Origin: Kiritimatiellia bacterium
Lineage (GTDB): Bacteria; Verrucomicrobiota; Kiritimatiellia; RFP12; UBA1067
Direction of reading: 5' to 3'
NCBI GenBank assembly: GCA_045537795.1
Contig: JAZSQE010000033.1
Coordinates: 17,469-81,468, forward strand
DNA length: 64,000 nt
Shown here piece after piece: positions 43,212 to 50,614 of the stretch (position 1 is the stretch's first letter; each line of letters begins with the position of its first letter). The translations under genes were made by a program, and so were the position numbers. The notes under the pieces are model-generated. The model ran no database searches and had not been told where the DNA came from. It worked only from the letters and a program-made list of their open reading frames with translations.

Positions 43212-44476
43212 CCGCCGCAGTAAAGCGGCAACTGGAAGTCCTGATAAAGGAACCAGGCGAGCGCCGCGATCGCGACAGATGCGGCGATTTCAACGATTAC
43301 ACCGAGCGCCGAAGCCCAGCCGGGGACATCGCTGTTCTGCGCCGTATCGACGGGCGGGAGCGGCGCGACAGGAATATCGGGAATATCGGGAATATCCGCT
43401 ATGTCGGCGCCGGCGGCGGACGCCGCAGGTTTTTCCTCAACCTGTGTCGAGGTCTGCGCGCCCGATGTTTTTGGACCGGGACGTTTAACGCCGAACTTGC
43501 CGGCGGGTCTTACGCCGGCCGCGCCGGGGCGTGTGATTTTAAGAGTCTTGCGCTGCGTGATCGTCGGCGAAGCGGCGGTAGGCGCGGCCGCTGGCGCGGC
43601 GGCGGGAGCCTCAGAAGAAAGGACGCTCTTCGCATCGCTTTTCTCCGTGGGCATGGGCGGCACTGGCGCATCGACGGGCGCCGGCACGGCGGCCGGAGCG
43701 GCAGCGGCGCCGGACGGCGGCTGCGGAGCGAGCGGTTTCGTCGCGCCTGGGATATCGATGGGACGCTTGATGCGGATCGTCTTCATCGGGGCGCTCTCGT
43801 TCTTGACGGGAGCGACGCCCATCGCGTCGGAAAGCGAGATGCGCGCGGTCTTCGATTTCGCGGCCTGCTTCTGCGAATCGCTCATCGCCGCGTCGGAAAT
43901 TATGCCCGTTTTATGGAGAATCGCCTGCGCGGGGATCTGCTGGGTGATGCCTTTGAGCTTCTGAGTGACGGATTTGAGAGCTTCCATCGGCTTTGGCATT
44001 TCGGTCACGACGGGCGCGGTATCGTCACGCGGCACCGCCTTGGCATCGACCGTGGGGAGCTTGCCCACGCCTTGCGCGTCGACCGCCACCGGTTTCGGCA
44101 CCGGCACGGAAGAAACCGTTTCTCCCGGCTTGCGGATGACGGGTTTCGGCGGGAGTTTGAGCCCCGGTCTGAGCGCCGACTGCGTAGCGCCGGCCGCAGG
44201 CGCCGCGCCGGGTTTCGGCGGGAGTTTGAGCCCAGGCCTGAGAGCCGACACCGTCGCCCCCGTCTTGGGCGGAAGCTTCAACCCCGAAGGGAGGCCGGGC
44301 TTCGTCGGGAGCTTGAGCCCCGGTCGGAGCGCCGACTGCGTAGCGCCCGCTACCGGCTTGCGCACGACAGGATTCAGCTTCAGCGTCTTCACCCCTTCGG
44401 CAACCGGCTTTGCCGTCGGATCTGCCTTCGGAGGCTGCGCCTCGCTGATGGGACTTGCCTGGTTTTCTTCTGCCAT
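43202..44476 (-). CDS. Pro/Ala/Lys-rich repeat protein with a single C-terminal TM helix
   Basis: ALRPGLKLPPKPG-type unit repeated about 4 times. DIPDIPDIP. Recurring K-T-[IL]-[KR]-[IL] motifs. C-terminal WASALGVIVEIAASVAIAALAWFLY then ...LYCGGCM*. 10-nt overlap with the downstream permease gene. Confidence 0.6.
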   Translation of the reverse strand: MAEENQASPISEAQPPKADPTAKPVAEGVKTLKLNPVVRKPVAGATQSALRPGLKLPTKPGLPSGLKLPPKTGATVSALRPGLKLPPKPGAAPAAGATQSALRPGLKLPPKPVIRKPGETVSSVPVPKPVAVDAQGVGKLPTVDAKAVPRDDTAPVVTEMPKPMEALKSVTQKLKGITQQIPAQAILHKTGIISDAAMSDSQKQAAKSKTARISLSDAMGVAPVKNESAPMKTIRIKRPIDIPGATKPLAPQPPSGAAAAPAAVPAPVDAPVPPMPTEKSDAKSVLSSEAPAAAPAAAPTAASPTITQRKTLKITRPGAAGVRPAGKFGVKRPGPKTSGAQTSTQVEEKPAASAAGADIADIPDIPDIPVAPLPPVDTAQNSDVPGWASALGVIVEIAASVAIAALAWFLYQDFQLPLYCGGCM

Positions 44477-44517
44477 CTTTTTTCTCCCGCGGGAAATTTA
44501 TCGGATCTATATCTCTC

Positions 44518-45081
44518 TCAGACCGCCATCACTTCGGCTTCTTTCGCCTTGAGCTCGACGTCGATCTTGGCGATGCCCTCGTCGGTCGCCTTCTGAATCC
44601 TGTCGAGCCCGAGCTTCATGTCGTCTTCGGAAATCTTCTTGTCTTTCTCGAGTTTCTTGACGGCGTCGTTCGCGTCGCGGCGGACGTTACGCATGGCGAC
44701 CTTCTGGGCCTCCGCCTGCGTCTTGGCGACCTTTACGATCTCCTTGCGGCGCTCTTCGTTGAGTTCCGGCACCGTGATGCGCAGGACCTTGCCGTCGGTC
44801 TGGGGCGTGACGCCGATGTTGGCGGCGAGAATCGCCTTGTTCATCGCGTCGAGCACCGTCGGATCGAAAGGCGTGATCTTGATCTGACGAGGCTCGGGCG
44901 TCGAAATGGTGCCGAGATTCTTGATGGGCGTCGGAGCGCCGTAATAATCGACCTTGATCTGATCGACCATGGCGGGCGTCGCCTTTCCTGTCCGCAAGCC
45001 GGCGAACTGCGACTTGAGGGTTTCGAAACTTTTTTCGATTTTCGACGACGCGTCGCCGAGTACTTCTGCTACGGTTTCCAT
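44518..45081 (-). CDS. frr: Ribosome recycling factor
   Basis: ...LRTGKATPAMVDQIKVDYYGAPTPIKNLGTISTPEPRQIKITPFDP...LNEERRKEIVKVAK... is canonical Frr, 187 aa. Confidence 0.95.
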   Translation of the reverse strand: METVAEVLGDASSKIEKSFETLKSQFAGLRTGKATPAMVDQIKVDYYGAPTPIKNLGTISTPEPRQIKITPFDPTVLDAMNKAILAANIGVTPQTDGKVLRITVPELNEERRKEIVKVAKTQAEAQKVAMRNVRRDANDAVKKLEKDKKISEDDMKLGLDRIQKATDEGIAKIDVELKAKEAEVMAV

Positions 45082-45086
45082 TTTAT

Positions 45087-45815
45087 TTACCTCACTATCG
45101 TTCCTACTGCTTCTCCCTTGACAACTCTCTCAAGGGCGTTTTTGTCGAAGAAATCAAACACAACTATCGGAATGGCGTTGTCCATGCAAAGCGCGAAAGC
45201 CGCCGAATCCATGACCTTGAGACGCTTCTCGAGCGCGACTTCGTATTTGAGAGCGTCAAACTTCTTCGCCTTGGGATCCTTCTTCGGATCGGCCGTGTAG
45301 ATGCCGTCGACCTTCGTCGCCTTGAGAACCGCGTCGGCGCCTATTTCGCTCGCTCTGAGCGCCGCGGCGGAATCGGTCGAGAAATACGGATTGCCGGTAC
45401 CGCCCGCGAAAATGACGACGCGCCCTTTTTCGAAGTGCCTCAATGCCTTGCGCTGGATGAACGGCTCTGCGAGTTTGGGCATCTCGATTGACGTCATCAC
45501 GCGCGTAGGTACGCCTATCGATTCGAGAGCGTTCATCATCGCGAGCGCGTTGATGATTGTCGCGAGCATCCCCATCGAGTCGCCCGTCACGCGGTTCACG
45601 CCTTTACCCGCCCCTGTAAGACCGCGGAAGATATTGCCGCCGCCGAGAACTATGCCCACTTCGCACCCCATCGCATGTATTTTCTTCACGCGCTGAGCCA
45701 TAAAAGAGAGATTTTTCGGATCGATGCACTCGCCCGTTTCACGATTCGCGAGCACCTCGCCCGACAGTTTCAAAAGGATTCTTTTGAACTTCAGCCTTTT
45801 CCCTGTTTTTTTCAC
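45087..45815 (-). CDS. pyrH: UMP kinase
   Basis: KRILLKLSGEVL..., GNIFRG, and FAGGTGNPYFSTDSAAALRA are canonical PyrH. Start uncertain. GTG 45815 (VKKTGKRLKFKRILLKLSGE) gives a normal length. The ATG at 45935 adds 40 non-homologous residues. Confidence 0.85.
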   Translation of the reverse strand: MKKTGKRLKFKRILLKLSGEVLANRETGECIDPKNLSFMAQRVKKIHAMGCEVGIVLGGGNIFRGLTGAGKGVNRVTGDSMGMLATIINALAMMNALESIGVPTRVMTSIEMPKLAEPFIQRKALRHFEKGRVVIFAGGTGNPYFSTDSAAALRASEIGADAVLKATKVDGIYTADPKKDPKAKKFDALKYEVALEKRLKVMDSAAFALCMDNAIPIVVFDFFDKNALERVVKGEAVGTIVR

Positions 45816-46075
45816 GCTCGCAATTGTATCATTTTGTACGCAAAAGCGCAATAACCCCGTCAGAAACTCCGCAAAAGGATGTGCCGAGATTTTTATGGGC
45901 AAAAGCACGGTTTGTAAGCATCGCCGCAATTCCACATATACTGTTCCATTGTTCCGACAGATTCGATTTACGCTGGCGCGCGACCACGAATCGCGGCACG
46001 AATGCCGTCTTCACGGCACACGAATATCCACGAATAAGCCGATTGCAACCCTCTTCCCAAGGTGTGTCTTTTTAG

Positions 46076-46151
46076 ACAGGATTAACAGGATTTACAAGAT
46101 TCTTGCAGTGTGCAAGTGTTTTCAGAGATTTCATAATCCTGATAATCCTGT
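46076..46151. repeat. Composite inverted repeat built from four CAGGATT heptamers (17-bp arms, 42-nt spacer)
   Basis: acaggattaacaggatt (46076-46092) matches the reverse complement of aatcctgataatcctgt (46135-46151) at 16/17. The spacer contains the small palindrome cttgca-gtg-tgcaag (46102-46116). It lies in the 420-bp pyrH-parB spacer. Confidence 0.8.
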
Positions 46152-46356
46152 AAATTCCGCCTTTTGATAATGCCGACGGCGGGAATGTTGCCGATGTGAC
46201 AGTGTTGACGCTTGCCGATGTTGCCTGTTGCCCATTCTGCGGCGCAACTTCAAGTAATATCGGCACCGCAAACCGGTCGGAGCGCCCTACCGACCCGGCA
46301 ATCCGAAAACCGGAAATCAGAATACGGCGACGACAGCCGCGACGTTGCACCGACTA

Positions 46357-47367
46357 CTACTCTACGACGACGCCGAGCATTTTGAGCACGCGATCAAGAT
46401 CGTCATTGTCGAAAAAATCTATCTCGACGACGCCCTTGGTGTGCTTGCCGTTGGGATGGGTAACGCCGCTCGTGATGCGCACCGCACAACCCAGATGACG
46501 CTTCATCTTTTCGGCAAGGCTCCTCACGTATCCGTCGGGAAGATCAGGAGTGCCGCGCGGTTTCGCCGCCACCGGGGCGATAATCCGGGCGATCTTGCGC
46601 TCCAACGCGCGCACCGTCAGCTGATCGTTCACGCAATCGCGCGCGAGGAGAATGCGGTCTTTTTCGTCTTCAAGCGAAAGAAGCACTTTCGCATGCCCGA
46701 CGGAAATGAGCGAAGATGAAACGAGCGCGCGCACCTCGTCGGGCAACTCGAGAAGCCGCACCGAATTCGCGACCGTGGCACGGCCTTTGCCGACACGCTC
46801 CGCGACCTGCTGCTGCGTCAGCGAAAAGGTGTCTTGAAGCGTCTTGTACGAAACGGCCTCTTCGATGGGGTTTAGGTCTTCGCGCTGAAGGTTCTCCGTC
46901 GTCGTCATCGTCGCCGCCGTTAGATCGTCGGCATCGACGAGAGTCACGCGAATCTTCTCCCACCCGAGCGACTGCGCCGCGCGGATGCGGCGTTCGCCTG
47001 CGATGAGTTCGTAGCGGCCCTTGGCGTTCTTGCGCACCGTGGGCGGCTGAACAAGCCCGTTGTTTCTGATCGATTCGGCGAGTTCTTTCAGTTCTTCTTC
47101 GCGAAAATCACGGCGAGGCTGATACGGAGAGCGCTCGATATCGTTGATTTTTATTTCGAGCGGAGCCCCGGGCTCTACTGCGGCGACAAACTGGGCGGGC
47201 GGCTGAAAACGCGAAGAAGCGGCGGGAATCGCCGCTTTCGTTTCTTTCGCCGCGCCTACGGGCATCAACGAGTCCAACCCGCGCCCGAGACCATGCTTCT
47301 TCCCTCCGGCGCCGACGCTCTTCATGCCGCCGGTAGCCTTCTTGAGGAATGGATTAGACTTCGCCAC
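46357..47367 (-). CDS. parB: ParB/Spo0J-family chromosome partitioning protein
   Basis: IERSPYQPRRDF...LKELAESIRNNGLVQPPTVRK...YELIAGERRIRAAQ (ParB box II GERRxRA), then HTH LTQQQVAERVGKGRATVANSVRLLEL. Confidence 0.9.
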   Translation of the reverse strand: MAKSNPFLKKATGGMKSVGAGGKKHGLGRGLDSLMPVGAAKETKAAIPAASSRFQPPAQFVAAVEPGAPLEIKINDIERSPYQPRRDFREEELKELAESIRNNGLVQPPTVRKNAKGRYELIAGERRIRAAQSLGWEKIRVTLVDADDLTAATMTTTENLQREDLNPIEEAVSYKTLQDTFSLTQQQVAERVGKGRATVANSVRLLELPDEVRALVSSSLISVGHAKVLLSLEDEKDRILLARDCVNDQLTVRALERKIARIIAPVAAKPRGTPDLPDGYVRSLAEKMKRHLGCAVRITSGVTHPNGKHTKGVVEIDFFDNDDLDRVLKMLGVVVE

Positions 47368-47379
47368 CTCGCCCCTCTA

Positions 47380-48093
47380 TCAGAAGTAGCAGTTGACGAA
47401 AGGCAGAACCTTGATCGCGTTGTCGAGAATGATGTTGACAAGACCGATCTGGAAGCCCCAAGGACAGGTGCTCGCGATGTTGACGAACGAAATCTGGCAA
47501 CCGTGAAGTTCAGCGGTGTAGTTGATGATAAACGCGAGCTGAAGACCGTAAGCGGTCGCGGCATAGTTGCCGAAGAGCGCTGCGGTCATGCCGTAGGACT
47601 GATCGCGCGCAACGTTGGCAAGGCCGGAAACCTGCACGCCGTTGAACTCATGCTGGTAGGCGCCGAGGAGGTTGACGTCGACACCCCACATCGCGTTGGG
47701 ACGATAAGCGGCGACACCGGCTTCGAGACCGTACGATTCACCATAAGCGACATTGGCGCCGAGGGTAGCGCGGATACCGTAAACATCGGCACTCGCCCAG
47801 TTGCAAAGGAGCGAAGCCTGAAGACCGGCAAGATCGTCGCGCGTAGCCATCGCGATACCGCCGACGCCGATACCGTACATCTTGGGAGCATCGCTGTAGA
47901 AGAGATTCATGTCAAGACCGAAAACGTCCCATACCGCACGCCCCCAGGGAAGCTGCAACGGAGAAGCGATACCGACAGCGATGGGAGTCCAACCTACAGC
48001 GCCATCATAGACCTCTTCTTTTTCGGTCTCCGCCATGGCGGGAACGGCAACCGCGAGCGCAAGCGCCGCGAGAACGTACTTATGCATCTTCAT
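47380..48093 (-). CDS. Secreted Gly-rich surface-repeat protein (LA_2272-like repeat pattern, tentative)
   Basis: Signal peptide MKMHKYVLAALALAVAVPAMA. Recurrent G.Q.....N motifs (GVQVSGLANVA, GLQLAFIINYT, GCQISFVNIA, GFQIGLVNII). Ends in ...FVNCYF. Confidence 0.5.
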   Translation of the reverse strand: MKMHKYVLAALALAVAVPAMAETEKEEVYDGAVGWTPIAVGIASPLQLPWGRAVWDVFGLDMNLFYSDAPKMYGIGVGGIAMATRDDLAGLQASLLCNWASADVYGIRATLGANVAYGESYGLEAGVAAYRPNAMWGVDVNLLGAYQHEFNGVQVSGLANVARDQSYGMTAALFGNYAATAYGLQLAFIINYTAELHGCQISFVNIASTCPWGFQIGLVNIILDNAIKVLPFVNCYF

Positions 48094-48130
48094 TTTGCTT
48101 TTCTCCTTACATGAGTTGAAATTTGACGAT

Positions 48131-48159
48131 ATTGTACACTATTTTTCGCCGCCACGCAA
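48131..48159 (-). promoter_or_regulatory. Predicted promoter TTGCGT-17-TACAAT (TG-extended) for the surface-repeat gene
   Basis: The minus strand reads ...acTTGCGTggcggcgaaaaatagtgTACAATatcgtc...gtAAGGAGaaaagcaaaATG. Confidence 0.5.
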
Positions 48160-48173
48160 GTATCCGAAACTTG

Positions 48174-49433
48174 TCAGCGTGAAACGAGGTACAAGGCCGT
48201 CGAAACGAGCGTCGAGACGAGACCGGGCAGACTGCCGTACGGGAAGAGCCGCAGGCGTTCCTTGACGCTGATGCCAACGGCGCCCGCCGTCGCGTGGAAA
48301 AACGACCCGTGCGGGAGCGCGTCGATGACGGTGCCGCCGGCGTGGATCATAGCCGCGGCGGAAATCGCCGGCACGCCCGACGCGGTGAGCGTGGAGGCGA
48401 ACGTCTGCGAGGCGATCGTCACGCCCGCCGTCGTCGAAGCGCTCGCGCCCGCGAGCAGAAACCCCGAAAGCGGCGCGAGAGCGAACGCGGGCAGATTGCA
48501 CGCCTTGAGGACGGCGACCATATCCGCGCCGAGCGACGAGCCTTTGATTATCCCCGCGACGCACCCGGTGCCGATGAGGAGAATCGCCACGCCGGTCACG
48601 CGAGAAAGCCCGTATTCGGAAAACGACACCGTCTCGCGCCATCTGCCGCAGGCGAACGCGGAGACGATGCCGCCCGCCGGAAGCGCGACGAGAGGATCCA
48701 CGGAGATGGAAAAAAGCGGCCTCAAGGCGAGAAGCGCGATGACGGCGAAAGGACCGGCGAGCGCGGCGGGCAGAGACGGCAGCGCGCAAGTCTCTTTTTC
48801 CTGAGCGCGGTCGAGAGACGATTCGAACAGATTCTTTTTGCGGCGCGCGAGAAACCCGGCCACAACGATTGTCGCCGCGAGCGCGGCGAACGCGGGTATC
48901 AGGTTCGCGGCCATGAGGGAAGTGAGATCAACCTTGAACGCGTCGGCCGCAGCGATCGTGTTCGGGTTGGGGGAGATGATGTTGCCGGCCTTGCCGCCGC
49001 CGACCATCGCCACGAGAAGCGCGCCGACGTTGATTCCGGCGCGCCTGCCCACCGAAAGCGCGACAGGCGCGACGGTGATGACGGCGATATCGACGAAAAC
49101 TCCGACGGCCGTCACTATCATCGTCGCGAGCGCGACGGCGGGCAGGGCGAAACGCCTGCCGAACGAAGAGATGATCGAATCGGCGATTTTCTCGGCGCTG
49201 AGCGTCTTCACGAGAGCGCCGGCGAGAACGCCCGAAGTAAGAATCCTGAGAACGCTGGGCATCATCGATTGGGTGCCCGAAATCATGGCTTCCACCGTAT
49301 CGGCGAGAGAACCGCCGCCGCAAACGCCGCCCGCGAGAGCCCCGAGCGCAAGCGCGTACGCCGGGGACATCTTGCGCACGATGAGAAATATCGCAATGGC
49401 GAGACCGATCAATGCACCGTAAGTCGTAAACAT
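48174..49433 (-). CDS. GntP-family (gluconate/glycerate:H+) permease
   Basis: 419 aa, polytopic. MFTTYGALIGLAIAIFLIVRKMSPAYALALGALAGGV... is a typical GntP-family N-terminus. Co-oriented with and overlapping glycerate kinase. Confidence 0.75.
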   Translation of the reverse strand: MFTTYGALIGLAIAIFLIVRKMSPAYALALGALAGGVCGGGSLADTVEAMISGTQSMMPSVLRILTSGVLAGALVKTLSAEKIADSIISSFGRRFALPAVALATMIVTAVGVFVDIAVITVAPVALSVGRRAGINVGALLVAMVGGGKAGNIISPNPNTIAAADAFKVDLTSLMAANLIPAFAALAATIVVAGFLARRKKNLFESSLDRAQEKETCALPSLPAALAGPFAVIALLALRPLFSISVDPLVALPAGGIVSAFACGRWRETVSFSEYGLSRVTGVAILLIGTGCVAGIIKGSSLGADMVAVLKACNLPAFALAPLSGFLLAGASASTTAGVTIASQTFASTLTASGVPAISAAAMIHAGGTVIDALPHGSFFHATAGAVGISVKERLRLFPYGSLPGLVSTLVSTALYLVSR

Positions 49434-50536
49434 CTGAATACCTGCTCCGCCGTAGCCGCGAGATTCGCGGCCGCGTTCTTTTTGTCGAGAGCCTCTTCGA
49501 GCGTGACCACCGAACGGATGATCGGGAAGAAGGCGTCTATTCCTTTGTCGTTCAGCGCCGAAGCGTCGTCCGAGACGACACCGGCGAAAGCAATCACGTT
49601 TTTGCCGCGGCGTTTCGCGGCGGCGGCAACTCCCGCGGGAGCCTTGCCCATCGCCGTCTGCGCATCGAGTCGGCCTTCGCCGGTAACGACGATATCCGCG
49701 TTTTCGACATAAGAATCGAAGCGAGTTTCATCGAGAACGAGCTTTACGCCGCTTTGAAGCGCCCCGGAAAGAAAGCGCATGAACGCGAACCCGAGACCAC
49801 CCGCCGCGCCCGCACCGGGTGCGTCGCGATCGCCCCCTGCGACATCGGCGAAGCGCGAAAGCGCCGCATCGAGTTCGGTGACGATTTCGCCGGCGGCGCC
49901 CTTCTGCGGCCCGAACACGGCGCTCGCGCCCGATGGCCCGCACAGAGGGTTTTCGACATCGCAGGCTATCTTGAAAACGCATTCGCGCAAAGCGGGCTCC
50001 GCGGCCGAGGCGTCGATGGAAGCGATCTTCGCGAGCGCGGCTCCGCCCCGCGGTATTTCCGCCCCGTCCGAGTCGAGAAGCCGGTAGCCGAGCGCCTGGA
50101 GCATCCCCGCGCCGGCGTCGTTGGTGGCGCTGCCGCCTATGCCGACGATAAAGCGCCTGCAGCCGTCGCGCACGGCGGAAAGTATCATCTCGCCGACTCC
50201 GTACGTCGTCGTCAAGCGCGCATCGCGGCGCTCGGGGGCGATAAGGGTTATGCCGGCGGCCTCGGCCATCTCCATGACGGCCGTATCACCGCCCACGATG
50301 CCGTACGTCGCGCGCACCGGATCGCCGAGAGGCCCGGTCACATTGATGGTGCGGTATTCTCCGCCGAGACCTTCGACAAGCGACACGACCGTGCCTTCTC
50401 CTCCGTCGGACAGAGGCCTCACCGTACAGATGGCGTCCGGGAAAACGCGTCTGACGCCCGCGGCTATCGCCTCGCCTCCTTCAACGGAGCCGAGGCTGCC
50501 TTTCATCGAATCGATCGCTATCAGCACTTTCAGCAT
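49409..50536 (-). CDS. glxK: Glycerate kinase
   Basis: MLKVLIAIDSMKGSLGS..., IVGIGGSATNDAGAGMLQALG, and GEGRLDAQTAMGKAP are glycerate kinase family motifs. Confidence 0.85.
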   Translation of the reverse strand: MLKVLIAIDSMKGSLGSVEGGEAIAAGVRRVFPDAICTVRPLSDGGEGTVVSLVEGLGGEYRTINVTGPLGDPVRATYGIVGGDTAVMEMAEAAGITLIAPERRDARLTTTYGVGEMILSAVRDGCRRFIVGIGGSATNDAGAGMLQALGYRLLDSDGAEIPRGGAALAKIASIDASAAEPALRECVFKIACDVENPLCGPSGASAVFGPQKGAAGEIVTELDAALSRFADVAGGDRDAPGAGAAGGLGFAFMRFLSGALQSGVKLVLDETRFDSYVENADIVVTGEGRLDAQTAMGKAPAGVAAAAKRRGKNVIAFAGVVSDDASALNDKGIDAFFPIIRSVVTLEEALDKKNAAANLAATAEQVFRCLRLTVH

Positions 50537-50547
50537 AACGACCGCTG

Positions 50548-50556
50548 ATTATACCA
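50548..50556 (-). promoter_or_regulatory. Extended -10 element TGGTATAAT only 11 nt upstream of the glycerate kinase ATG
   Basis: The minus strand reads ...gttaTGGTATAATcagcggtcgttATGctgaaag. There is no SD between the -10 and the ATG. Confidence 0.5.
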
Positions 50557-50614
50557 TAACTTCCATCGCGCGTCAGCATCGCGCGACGCGAACCGCCGTC
50601 GGGAAATTCGTTTT

